A stretch of DNA of 64,000 bases from positions 1,240,001-1,304,000 of the forward strand of contig NC_047076.1 of assembly GCF_902459465.1 (NCBI RefSeq), given 5' to 3'. The translations under genes and the position numbers were made by a program. Within the stretch, counting starts at the first letter, position 1; every line of letters begins with the position of its first letter. Of the stretch, positions 27,770 through 40,200 are shown in pieces. The DNA comes from Asterias rubens (Eukaryota). The notes under the pieces were generated by a model that ran no database searches, was not told where the DNA came from, and was given only the letters and a program-made list of their open reading frames with translations.

Positions 27770-28625
27770 GTTGTCTCCAAAATAGTTGTGATGATGTATT
27801 CAGTCCATACTATTCATAAAAAATCTCCGAAAAGAGACCAAAATATGGGAGTGAGTTGCCAAATACCTGTTGCTGATGAAAAGTGACAGTTTTATGATAA
27901 GAGCGCCCTCTACGATCATCCGAACGAAGATTTCTCTGAGCGGTTTCTGCACCCCCGCCCCCCCCCCCAAAAAAAGCATAAGTTTTGTAAAGGAAAAGGA
28001 AAGGGCTATTCCTTGAGAATAAGGTAATAAAGCAATTTTAAACAACAATTTTAACTTCCATTTACTGGCAACACCTTTTTGAAACAAAAAAGGCCCGCAC
28101 CACCACCGCCACATTTGCTACCACCTGTTGTGACTTTACTTTATTATGGCAGATTAGCAATTAATTAAAGTTGGTTGAAATGTCACTATTTAATAGGTCC
28201 AAGAGTCACACCAGAAAGTTGACTGGCAATCTGCAAGAAGAAAAAGTGGTTTTACAGGAACAAATTACTGTGTTTAGTAAAACTGACATGTGACAACTAT
28301 GGATTTGTAATTGGTCCTCATTATTATGGTTCTGTATAAATTTTAAAGTATAATTCTTCCTTGTTTCATGATAAAACTTGTCTTGGTTTATGGCATGGTC
28401 GATTTAAAGAAGAAACCAAACCCGGAAAATGCCATTTTTAAATTCAGCTGTTCAGGCCTATACAAAACTTTTATAATAATTCTATAAGAAAGTAAAAGAA
28501 ATTAAAATGAATGAAGAGTGAAGAAGAAAAAAAAAGAAAAGATACATCAGCCAAATCAATCTAATTTTCTTTTAGCAGTCTACACAATGTTTTATTTTAA
28601 ATGTAAAAAAAAAAAAAAAATTGAG

Positions 28626-28626
<1 letters not shown>

Positions 28627-28700
<74 letters not shown>
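28627..28700 (-). tRNA. tRNA-Asn (anticodon GTT)
   Basis: Reverse complement GTCTCCGTGGCGCAATCGGTTAGCGCGTTCGGCTGTTAACCGAAAGGTTGGTGGTTCAAGCCCACCCGGGGACG. The acceptor stem pairs, the GTT anticodon loop is intact, and a long T run (Pol III terminator, A-run at about 28605-28620 on +) follows. Confidence 0.97.
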
Positions 28701-28701
<1 letters not shown>

Positions 28702-30782
28702 TCGACGGTGAGGGCGTATTTGTTACATTATATACCTAACGCTATATCTCCGGTGATTCATATTGTCACGTAGTGGGAATGGAGCATGTGTAGGATGCAT
28801 GCATGACTGAACATTACAGGATGCTGTGGATGGATCAATGATTGTGAGGTTCGAAAGCCACTGAGAGACTGTATACTAGTTGGACAGTATAAAATTAGTT
28901 ATGGAAATTTTTTTGTTTGTAAATGCCCCATATCCTAAGTCTGTGTATGAGTATTCTGGAAGTGCAGAGATTCCAAACAATTCCTAAATCTGGCCCCAAT
29001 AAATATTTTCATCTTACTGTTTTCTTCATCTTTAGCTTGGCTTTAAGCCTTCAAGATTTGCATGAAAATAAATTAACAAACAAATATATAAATTAATACA
29101 AATTTACAAATAAACCTTTTATGCGCTAGTGTTGTAAAGCCTCCCATCATTACGAATGTCTTCCTCTTAGGTTTTCTTGAGTCAGCAGACTCAGACCGCA
29201 TCCCCTGGATCATAGAGCAACTTACCTGCCCTATTCCCCGCCACTAGCCAAGAGGCTATTTTGTAAACCCACCTGCTAATTGATTGCTGACGCCCCCAAA
29301 ACAGCGGGTCCTTGCTCTATGGTGTCCCCAGCCCTGAACTAAATAGCAATGACCTCTTAAAGGGAAAGTACACGTTTGGTAATTACTCAAAACAAATACT
29401 AACTTCAAAACTGACTTGGTAACGCATTATAGAGTAGTATAAAACATTGTGAGAAACGGCTCCCTCTGAAGTAGCATAGATTTTACTAAAAATAATAAAA
29501 GACTTCTAGACAGAAGTCTTTTATTCCTATCTGAAAGCACACAAATTCGTCCAACAAGGGTGTTTTTTTCTCTCATCATTTTCTCGCAACTTCGATGACC
29601 AATAATTTAGCTCAAATTTTCACAGGCTTGTTATTTTATGCTTATGTTGGGATACTAAAGTGAGAAGACAGTCTTTAGTGACAACTACCAAACGTGTACC
29701 TTCCCGATCCCGCCTTTAACTGGCTTTTGCTCTATTTGGTACCCCAAAAATTTGAACATTCAGTGAAAAAAAATGACGATTGTCATCGTTTCCGCTACTA
29801 ACGTTTTCTTAGCCCCCCCCCCCCCTTTGGTCAAGACTATAGTTGCGCGTTGCTCCAGGGACGACACAAAATAAATGGGGCGCCTTTTATGTTGGGCCGA
29901 TGTTGATGTGGGGTTTCCTCCTCGATCGGGTTGGTTCGCATCAAAAAGCTACGCCCCGTTCTCAAACTTTGGTCAGAATTGACCAAGATTGACCCCAATT
30001 TCGGTTCCCGCGAGGGCCTGACCCATTTCCGGGTAACCGAAATCCGTGTCAATATGAGCCAGAATATTAGATCAAAATCAATTTTTTAATAATACCTCCG
30101 AGTCGGCCTGACCCAGCAATGGGTTCCCCTCGATGGGACCCGCATTCCGGGTCAATCTGACTCAGGAGTTGTTAGATGTTCACATTCATTAACACAATCT
30201 CACTGGAATCATGATTCTGTTTACTGCTTTTTGTTTATTTTATTGTTTTTACATGACAAGCATCTTTCCATTCAATATGAGTTACTTTCTGACAAAACAA
30301 AGAGATACAAAACTTATTTCAGAGCACTTTTAATCATAAGCAATGTTATCAGTTATGTTATTTCTTATCAGTTATGTTTTTATTGTCATAGTTCGTCAGT
30401 CGCCTGCACGGCAGACGAACACAAGTAAAGCTTTCCCTATCCTATCACGTTTTGTGCTATTCTCCGAATCCAAAGCGGGTCAAAATAGAGGCCTTCTTTA
30501 CGAAAACAAAATTGATCGAAGTCCAAAACCCATGTATACAGTTTTTATGCCAAAATGTATTACTAAAGGTGGTCCATTATACACACAGTGCATGCACCTA
30601 TTTTGGAGTGGTAGCAGGTCCATTTCCTGATCGCGCTGTTGTCTTATGAAAATAGGTTCACAGCAGAAGATGATCCAAAGTGTTATATAAAAAGGGAGTT
30701 ACATAATGAGTCAAAAGTATAAAAATGCTACACATTCTCGGGTAAAACATAATCCAGTAAAAGAATGCCCAGGTAAGATTAA

Positions 30783-31053
30783 ACATGCTATGTCAGATTT
30801 TTGGCCGATTTGACCCCAACATTTTTATTTAAAATTCAATAGGTATTTTGATGGGGGTCGAGAAAGTTAAACAAGCTTTCATTTGAGCCATTGCTTGAAA
30901 AAAGTCCGCCAATTATTAGTAGTAGTGAAATAAAGTGCTCAAAATAAGTTTTTGTCGGGATCCCAACAATAATATAATCGTGACCAATTCTTATGTGTTT
31001 TCACTAAAAAGCTATTTTTTAATGTTTGGGGCCAAAAATCTGACATAGCATCT
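30783..31053. mobile_element. TTAA-family MITE, distinct subfamily
   Basis: TTAA|ACATGCTATGTCAGATTTTTGGCC...GGCCAAAAATCTGACATAGCATCT|TTAA. Confidence 0.8.
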
Positions 31054-32260
31054 TTAATATCATCTCTACAATATAGGCCGCCTATCTTACAGGTTCACAA
31101 GAGTGACCCCTTTAAAGAGAACATAAACTCAAGGTTTTACCCAGTCAGCTGTAACTTAAACTTGTGGCCAACAGGTCGCATCAAAGCTGCAGTTCATCGG
31201 CACTTTGCGAGACCGGCCCAACAACGAAAGTTTTAGCTCAAACGGGCTTTGGATCAAATCACGAAACTGAGTACATGTACATTCCTGTTTTTATTGTTTT
31301 CAAACTAGGACCGATTTCAGACTTGGTTGCGAGGTCGTTAATTGAATAAAAACCTCAATACAAATTTCTCAAAAACTTGTAGCATTTCAGGGGGGGGGGA
31401 AATAAAATTGAAGTTTTTCATCATGACCATCGTTATACTATTTAAGTTTATGTGGAATCCTTAATTTATTGCCAACATTTTGCCAAACCTTTAAGAAGTT
31501 TGCCGGAAAATTAACTTCGTATAACCCACTAACTTGACTCTTTCCGAAAGAAGCTGGAGAAAATAATGTTACAGTTTAAAGCAATAATGTTAATGACCTA
31601 AATAATTAAGCAGTTTTACTTCCACGATTGTTTTAAAAGTTTGTACATATATTTACATATTATTTACATATGTGAGTGAAAACTTTACATATTGTACAGG
31701 CTGGAATGTGAATGGTATTTTTTCACTTGACTGATGCCTGAACTCAACCTTAAGCAAAATACCTAATCAGTGAAATTTGGGGTTCCTTTGGTCTGCGGCC
31801 TACGCTTCGGGTTCCAGCTATGGATCACCCGCCTGATAGAAGCGCGCCCCGTACCGAAATCACAGTAGACTTGGCAAAGCCGGAGCCAACAAAAGCCGAA
31901 TCCTCAGCCGAAATGGACTGAACCTTAAGTCGTTAATATTGCGATTATGATTTGTATTGTAACATGAAACTGTTAGCAAATTACGAGTGCACAAGATTGG
32001 TCTTACCAATTTTGTGATCGTCCCATTGACTTGTTTAAAAGTTGAGTTTGAAACGGCGGCCATCTTTAGGAAATTAGCTGGATTGTGTGCAAACAAAAAC
32101 CAGTTAATTTAAAATAGTGAGCCCGCCAAAAAACCAAATGGCTGCTCTTTAAAACAAATATCCCTAAAATGATCCATGCGAATTTTCATCACAGCCCCGC
32201 TAAATTTGCCCAGTTTTACACAAAAAAGTAGACTGTTCATAGTTGATACCTAATAGTTAA

Positions 32261-32644
32261 AGGCAGTGGACACTATTGGTAATTACTCCAAATAATTATA
32301 AGTATAAAACCTTTCTTGGTGTCAATTAATGGGGAGAGGTTGATGGTATAAAACATTGTAAGAAACAGCTCCCTCTGAAGTGCCATAGTTTTCGAGAAAG
32401 AAGTAATTTTCCACGAATTTGATTTCTGAGACCTCAGATTTAGAACTTGAGGTCTCGAAATTAACCATCTAAACGCACACAACTTCGTGTGACAAGGGCC
32501 AGTGTTTTCTTCTTTCATCATTATCTCGCAACTTTGATGACCGATTGAGCTCAAATTTTCACAGGTAATTTATTTTATGCATATGATGAGATTAACTAAC
32601 TGTGAAGGCTAGTCTTTGACAATTACCAATAGTGTCCACTGTCT
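32261..32644. mobile_element. TTAA-family MITE about 40 bp past the LRR-Ig stop codon
   Basis: TTAA|AGGCAGTGGACACTATTGGTAATT...AATTACCAATAGTGTCCACTGTCT|TTAA. Confidence 0.85.
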
Positions 32645-32687
32645 TTAACCTCACCATGCAGTGATCATAACTGTCCATAGTTTATTT

Positions 32688-35120
32688 TCAACTTAAGTCC
32701 ATGTATATTCTACTACTGTCTGTGCTTACACCTCTACCGTCGGTATTTGGAAGTCTTCGAACCTGTTTTCTTGGTATAGTATGGGGACTTGGTGCTCTCT
32801 CATCCTTACCAGTACATAGCGCTGTGTAGTTAGAGTCATTTACAACCACGTCCGCATTGATATACGTGTGTTGAGAATCACTAGGTCCGGGGATAGGTTT
32901 ACGCCCACGTTTGTTTAACATTGTCTGCCGTCCGGGGAAGCCTTCCGGTCCCACAATGCTCTCTGTGATGACGTAACGATTATCCTGCTCGAAGCTGCTG
33001 CTAGTGCTGACCGAATCGTCGCTCCCGCTCAGCGAACTCGGACGCATGTAGACGCCTTCGCTTAGCATCTGGCTGTAAGGCAAGGGGGCTCGAGCGCGTG
33101 TGGGGACGATGTTGCGAGACAGTCGTTTGTTCTTGAGTGACCTTAGGTTCAAAGATCGGCTGATGAACTTTGGGATAAGACGATGATACCATGACCAGAA
33201 TAACAAGACACAAAGCAAACAGGTCAGGAAGAAAGTGATAAATATAGCAATAATGACCTTTCCGGGATTGTAATCACAGACCGTGTGGTTTGGGGGCAGG
33301 TCTTCCTCATTCGAATCTGGTAGTCTTGGGTTCGAATCCAACACTCGGTCTTCGTCTTGTCGAGGTGTCTCAGTAGTGGGTAACGGTGTGACTCCTCCAG
33401 AGGGCGATTCTGGAGTTGTTTTGATCTCGACCGCTTGAGTTGTTGGTCTTAGCATTGTGGTGGTCCGGACAGGGGGGCCAGTGATGCCAATTACTGGTGT
33501 GAAAATGACACTTGTGGCGACAGTAGCAGCTGGTGGGTTGGGATTTGCTTGGATCTTCAACTGTACCGGAGCGGTCACTGTTCCGGCCGGATTAGAACCA
33601 ACGCATGTAAACAGACCCGTATCTGACATCGTAGCTCGGATTATCATCAAAGGACCGTCATCCGAGACGAGGTATCGTCCGGACCGAACATCCGGGATAA
33701 GTCTCTGGTTGCTGGGTGATCTCCAAGTGATTGTTGGTGATGGGAACCCACCGGATCCACTGCACTCCAGGGTGATGTTCTGACCCTCTGTTACCCCGAC
33801 GGTAGCAGCCCGGACCCGGACGGTCGGAGGGGTACAAGAGAGCCCTCCTGCAGGGACCATTGTTAGACGGGTACCGCTGAGTAAAATGGGAACATCACAT
33901 GTTGGGAGATCGAGGGGACGGTGGGCTCTACCCTGATTGATAAACCACCGTCTGAGGAATTTCAGACGGCAATCGCATATTAAGGGATTCTTGGTGAGGA
34001 GCAGACGGTTAAGTAGAGGGAGGGAAACAATCATATCCTGGGTCATAGTTGAAAGGTTATTGGCGGTCAGGTCGAGGATGGTGAGTGACCTGCTCGCAGG
34101 AAGTGGCGGGAAAACTTTCAGTTGGTTGTTGCCTAGATACAGAGCACGCAATCGCGTTAGGGTTGCAAAATGAGTTCCTGACAGCGATGTCAAAAGGTTG
34201 TTTTGAAGAAATAATCTTTCCATGTAAACCAGTTTGCTGAAGACATTTATCGGGAGTGTCTTCAAGGAGTTAAAGGAGAGGTACATGTCAGTTACAGATC
34301 TCAATCCACTCAGTCCTTCGGGTTCGATGGTATCAATAAAGTTACTGGCTAGGATAAGTTCTTTAATCCGTCCACAATGAGAAAAAGAATTATTCCTAAT
34401 CCGTTGTATATTGGAATCGGTTATTTCAAGGTCACCGAGCATGCGCATACCGCTCAGATCGGGTAAGTTGACGAACCGGTTCCCATCAAGGTCCAGTTCG
34501 ATTAGGTTGTCCAATCCGTTCAGAAATCGATTATTGGTTCTCAGTTGGTTCTCTTGCAGCATGAGCCGTCTGAGGTTAATCAATTGGCTAAACACGGAAG
34601 CAGGCAGAGTTACCAGCCGGTTACCAGCGATGTTTAATTCCTGCATCTGTGTTAATCCGTTAAACGCGTTGGCGTGTATAGACACGATGCTGTTTCCCTG
34701 TAGATAAAGAGCCTGGATACTCAGCAGTCCGCTAAAGGTCGCCATTCCCAATTGGGTAATCCTATTAAAACTTAGAGTGAGAGTCGTCAGCGTTTTCATG
34801 GAACCGAACGCATGATCCTCTATAACTGAGATTAAGTTGTTGTTGAGGTCTAGGGATTTGAGTCTTAAATAACCCGCAAGCATACTCCTCGGTAGACGTT
34901 GGATGGCGTTTTGACCCATGTCCATGTTGATAGCCTGATTGAAGGACAGTGGTAGACACTTCAACTGGCGGCCATTACAGTCAGCGAATGCAATATCAGC
35001 TGTATACGCGCACGTTGTCGCAACACACGGTTGGGTGAACGATTGGGTGAACGCAACAACGGTAAGACTTAGAAGTGACGTCACTATGACGAGTAGATGA
35101 AGCTGTCTTGGATACGTCAT
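32688..35120 (-). CDS. Single-pass LRR-Ig membrane receptor, 810 aa, CDS in one exon (signal peptide, LRRNT, about 14 LRRs, LRRCT, one Ig domain, Thr/Pro stalk, TM, Tyr-motif tail)
   Basis: Long ORF with LxxLxLxxNxI repeats, LRRCT NPLICDCRL...C, Ig motifs (ITLECSGSG..W, DTGLFTC) and TM IIAIFITFFLTCLLCVLLFWSW. The ORF-track ATG at 35165 lies in a polypyrimidine tract before an acceptor AG (35142-35141), so MTYPRQ at 35120 is the likely start. Confidence 0.92.
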   Translation of the reverse strand: MTYPRQLHLLVIVTSLLSLTVVAFTQSFTQPCVATTCAYTADIAFADCNGRQLKCLPLSFNQAINMDMGQNAIQRLPRSMLAGYLRLKSLDLNNNLISVIEDHAFGSMKTLTTLTLSFNRITQLGMATFSGLLSIQALYLQGNSIVSIHANAFNGLTQMQELNIAGNRLVTLPASVFSQLINLRRLMLQENQLRTNNRFLNGLDNLIELDLDGNRFVNLPDLSGMRMLGDLEITDSNIQRIRNNSFSHCGRIKELILASNFIDTIEPEGLSGLRSVTDMYLSFNSLKTLPINVFSKLVYMERLFLQNNLLTSLSGTHFATLTRLRALYLGNNQLKVFPPLPASRSLTILDLTANNLSTMTQDMIVSLPLLNRLLLTKNPLICDCRLKFLRRWFINQGRAHRPLDLPTCDVPILLSGTRLTMVPAGGLSCTPPTVRVRAATVGVTEGQNITLECSGSGGFPSPTITWRSPSNQRLIPDVRSGRYLVSDDGPLMIIRATMSDTGLFTCVGSNPAGTVTAPVQLKIQANPNPPAATVATSVIFTPVIGITGPPVRTTTMLRPTTQAVEIKTTPESPSGGVTPLPTTETPRQDEDRVLDSNPRLPDSNEEDLPPNHTVCDYNPGKVIIAIFITFFLTCLLCVLLFWSWYHRLIPKFISRSLNLRSLKNKRLSRNIVPTRARAPLPYSQMLSEGVYMRPSSLSGSDDSVSTSSSFEQDNRYVITESIVGPEGFPGRQTMLNKRGRKPIPGPSDSQHTYINADVVVNDSNYTALCTGKDERAPSPHTIPRKQVRRLPNTDGRGVSTDSSRIYMDLS

Positions 35121-35931
35121 GATGATGTGTTGAGAGCAAACTGCGGAAACAAAAACGAAGAACATAAGTTATTATTGTAATATTATTATAAGAAAAAAGA
35201 TGCTCATTCATTGTGCGACGAGGGTCAGTAATGCTCGGCCCTTCCATAAATGACAAAACAGCCGAACAAAAATGTTCTTTTGCCAAAAAGGAAAGACAAA
35301 CAATATCACACTGTTTTGTAAGCAGACACTTGTGCTTAACAACGAAAGTTATCCATCATTTAATGATTAGATACAAGCTTGTCTGACCCAATCACATAAT
35401 TGAAATAATAGTTGCTAAGCAGAAATCACGATGCTAAGCACCTTTATAACCGTTTGAAGACTGAGATTTGAGCAGCTAAACGCCTCCTCTAATAAATCAG
35501 CTATATACAACTATTTTTTGACAGTGTATGTCCAAGAGGTTTTGAGTATAGGATAATGACACTATTTATAGACCACTATTTAAATAATATGTCCTAAAAT
35601 AATTATCCACGAGCGCAATGCATGTTTACGGACATTAACAATTTACGGGTAGTAGATTTGTCCATTACTCGGCAAAAAAATTAAGTTGCGTTGTGCGGTG
35701 GGAGCACTCCCAGAGGGATGTGGTTTCACTCAACACGATGTACGTTGATGTATTAACAAGGGGTTAAGAAGTGATCTCAATGATGTAGCTATTAAACCTA
35801 CGAGGAGTGCCTCAAGAGTTGTCAGTTTTGATTCTGTTATGTTGTGATGGGTGGGTGACGGTTTGTGAGTTAGTCTTGGTTCCAATACCTTCACATGAAT
35901 TATTTCCCAGCCTTGCTACGGCGGAAGTCTT

Positions 35932-36102
35932 CGGCCCTTTTCGAAACCACGGCTTCGGCTTTGGATCCGGCTTCAGGCTCCGTCCTCTCGTCTGAGACCA
36001 TGAGCACGGTCGCAAAGCACGTGCAATGATGTCAAAACAACCGCGGGGCCAAGCTAGCCTGAGCTGACTCCAAAGCCGAAGTCGTGGTTTCGAAAAGGGC
36101 CT
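35932..36102. mobile_element. Short foldback MITE
   Basis: GGCCCTTTTCGAAACCACGGCTTCGGCTTTGG...CCAAAGCCGAAGTCGTGGTTTCGAAAAGGGCC terminal inverted repeats. Confidence 0.7.
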
Positions 36103-37094
36103 ATTTTGGGTTCGATTTCCAGCTTCAGACAGTCGTCACTACGAAATGAAATCAAGAAGAATAGCACGCCTTCTGTCAGGTTATTTACGTTGGCATTACG
36201 AGTATGAGATAGTGACGTCTTGAACCAAGACTAGTTTTGAGCCTGGGTGTTGGTCTAGTGCCGGGTGAACTAACAATACAGGAACGCGGGGATCTCCAGG
36301 GACCTTTGAGTACACGTGGTTCTGATTTCTCATGTGATTTGAAAATTAAATGACGGTAAAACGAGGGAAATTACATCTGACTCGTCAATGTCATAATTGT
36401 GTGCTTTATGATTTTATCGGTGGGTATCTTGGTGCGTCTGCCCTCGAGGTCGTTTATTTTTGAAAAGTTGCACAATAAATATGTATATGCCCTCAATGTG
36501 AAATCAATATTGATGATGATAAAAACATAGAATGGTGGGAAAAAAATTGTTTTTGTCCCATTTAAGAGAACTTGACAAGCTTAAAAGGTCTTCCCATCAA
36601 CACGTCTTGGCAGTTCTTCCGTCAAGTCACGGCTGAAAAGGATCACAAGTTCATTATTTTTAGACGAGACCTTTTGAAGCGGATCCAAGGAAAGGATGCA
36701 CGGTACATCTTTAAGACAAGTGTCTTACACGCCTTTCACCTCTTAGGCGGACGTCATTACTTATGGCTATTAACACGATTATGAATGAGAGATATGAAAC
36801 TACTTTTCAAGATTAATGACCGACAAAAACAGTTACGTAAATCATGGCAAGTGTTGCCAACACTTCCACAGCCCCTCAGATTTGAGTTAGAATACCTCTT
36901 TTAGAGTACGGTGACACGTATAAAAAGCTCTCTGTATGACACCAGGAACCTACACAGGAAAATAATCAGAATCATGCTGTGGCGAAGGACATTAATTTTA
37001 CCAGCTTTGCACACAATATTCAGGAGAATAAACTGTTTTTACATTCTATTGTACGGTACAGAACACTAGCACAAAACGGCAAACAATCGACAAA

Positions 37095-37270
37095 ATTAAA
37101 ACAACAACAAAAATCAAAAGAGCAACAACAACAACAGTAAAAAAAAACATTTAAAAAAACCATCACCAGATCAAAAAACAACAACAATAAAAACAACAAT
37201 AACATCACAAACAGTAACATAATCATCATTAGCAACAACAACAACAACAACTTGAACAACAACACCAACA
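37095..37270. repeat. Degenerate (AAC)n microsatellite / low-complexity tract
   Basis: CAACAACAA runs; these explain the poly-Leu ORF on the - strand. Confidence 0.85.
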
Positions 37271-40200
37271 AATTAATGTTTAGCTTACGGATGGGTGCCC
37301 CACTTTCGCTTATAATAATACACCGTCTTTCCCAATCACCACATTACCTAATGGCTTCAACGCCGCATAACATCAACATATCAACCGAACTATATAAGTT
37401 CCGCAACTAAATACCGACCCATATCAGATCAAACACTATACACAGAAAACTTACGTCACAACGTAAAAGACGATCACCAGCAGACTTTTAGCAAACTCGC
37501 CAACTTCATCCAACCCGATCTCAGCCGTCGTACTATTATTCCAACCACACGAGACAACTCAAAATGCCGCACTAAAACACCCACACCTTGACTCTCACAG
37601 AATATAACTCTATCAATGATAATGACCCTAGAAGCCTAGAAAGTGGTCAAGCGGATGACCTCACTAATTATGCTAATTTCCTCTGTCCTTAGTTGTCTGT
37701 TGTGGGATGTTATTGGAAGACAACAACATTAAGTACCCCTAATTGAGTTATTACGCGAGCTATTCGTCCGAGTTTACGACAGTATGGGAGGTTATTGACG
37801 GGGCAGTCGATCCCGCTATGGGGTAAGTGTCTCAAGTTTGCAATCAATTATCTTGAAAACAATTTGAATTTGATGTGCGTGTTCAAGTTTAAGAACAGGA
37901 ATGTGTACGGGGCTTATCAAGACAAGTTGATTACCGTTTAAATGTTTACATTAAAAGACGAGCACAACTTTACAGAACAAATGCTTAGCGTCTTCAAACG
38001 TCCAAGTATGGTACTCGTTTCGCTGGTGAAATCGTTTCATTAGTGTGCCTATAATAACAATGATGTAGAACACTTAGCGCCGGTATCCGCCTAAAGAAGC
38101 CGCTCATGGCGTTTAAGGAGAGAAATACAAATTATGACTGAGGATTGTAAAAGTATGCATGTTTGATGAGGTGAGATTTTAAGTTTGTCTTGAATGTTGT
38201 GATGAATGGAGATGATTTGACAGTCAGTGGGAGTTAAATCCACATCCGGGCTGATGCTACAGAACAAGACCTGTTGCCCCCCCCCCCAAAAAAAAGGTGA
38301 AAGTTCTGGGCTGATGAAGAGTACACGGACAAACAATCCTTCCATTGGCTTTTGATGAGTACTTTTCTGTCTGCGTGAAAAGTACGAGTACCAAAAGGTA
38401 CCCACATGGATGAGGAAGATCGGGACACTTGTATTAATGGTTGAGGACAAAATAGTTGGTAGAAACGGCACATTAATCTGAGGGTCACAGGTTCCAGAAC
38501 TGCTCCATATATGTACAATAGGTCATGTGATAAGACATCGACAGCCCCTCATCTATAAGCAGCGTATTGATACCTCTCGTCGCAAGGCATCCTGGAAGAG
38601 AAAAACAAAATGGCGCGTCGAGATCGTACACCATTGGGAACGAGGTTGCCACATCGGCAATTACTACCTTATTTATTATCATAGGTTTACATCTGGATCA
38701 CACTTTCTGACCGGGTCATAATATGACCTCAAAATAATAACTATCTGGGTCACCTCGCTCAATTAACACATATGAAAAAGAAACTTCCACCATTCCAAAA
38801 TAGTTAACAAGAACTGCACTTTTGTAATTTGTCATAACACACATATCGATTCCTTTTGGCAAGATGGCGCCAAAACGGGAAAGACATATCTTAACGCATG
38901 GAATCAGTTCCTTGGGGACACTGTTGGGTTGACCTGAGAAAAGGGTTGACACTGCCAATGCGAAGGTTAAGATAACTTTGAGGTGCCTCAATTGGAGGGT
39001 GCCGTGACTAACCACCCGAAGATTTGGGGAGGTTTGTATGCTTTGCCACTTTCTTCGAGTGAAGATGGATGGAGTAAAGTGTATGATTAGCGGCCTGTAA
39101 TCCCGTCCGTTATGGACCCTTAATTCAGTCAGTCAATGGCAGACATCAAGGACCGGGTGGTCTCATGTAAGACATTGAGGGGTGAGAAATTGAAGGGTAG
39201 AGTCCCTTGACATTGGGGCGTTTGATCCCAGGAAGTTCAGTGATGCTTTCTTCAAGACAGGATGAGGGGGTACATCTTCAAATTATTGGAAGTCGTGTAC
39301 CCTCGCTCGCCATACTCAATTTCTTCGTCAAAACAACTTTTTCCTAACTGCGGAAGTTTGCCACAAGTTAAAGAAGTTGAACTTATTTCAGGTAAACCCA
39401 CACAATCAGGTGGGAATTGATCAATACCCAAACCACATAGTGCACCGACGAACAGATACCACTGCGCTAACTCTACCACCCGACCACGTGTTCTCATAAA
39501 CATCACAATGGCGTTAGAACTGAAATATTATTTAAGCCGTCATATTCCTTTCTAATGCCTTAAGCCTTGGACTTGATCTAACGGATAACCACCAACAACT
39601 GTCTGGCGACACATCTGGTTATTTCCAGAAGATTCTTTTCGTTTTAACGAATTCTATTTATTTATCTCTCCTAATTAAAAACAACAACAACAAACAAGTG
39701 GGAGATTGTGAACACTTGCGATGGGCGTTGTTTGAGTGATGGCAAGGAGCCAACTAATGTAAAGTCGCTGCTGAACACGTTGTGAAGTAAAGCAAAACAA
39801 AACGGGTCACCAATGAAATGGCTTGCAATGGTTACAGCAAATAGCTTGTGACTATGTCCGCAATGCTTAGCAAAAAAACTCTTAGAGGACTTTTGCTATA
39901 AACAGGTATTTGGAACTGGCCCAGACAATTTCTTAAAATAAACTGATGATTCAGAAATTATGTGGTTTTAAGTTCTATTCTTATGCCATGATGATGAGCC
40001 TTGCCCATGGTCATTTGGCGATCTGGACAAACATGCAATGTGTTGTCTCTTGTAGGATGACTAATGTACTCCACACAATTCCAATGCGGTTTCCCACAAA
40101 AACAAAATCATTACACATAATGCCTGAGCCGTTTTAAAACACGTTTGATTGATTATATACTGCCAATAACAAATCGTGTTTGAAGGTAACAGACTTGACA

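Noticed and set aside
35121-35165. ORF-track N-terminal extension MFFVFVSAVCSQHII of the LRR-Ig protein
   Set aside because: It lies in the polypyrimidine tract and acceptor of the preceding intron; the signal peptide starts at 35120.
37340-37600. KYRPIS, an RT-like motif
   Set aside because: An isolated 6-aa match in low-complexity A/C-rich sequence with no other RT motifs.
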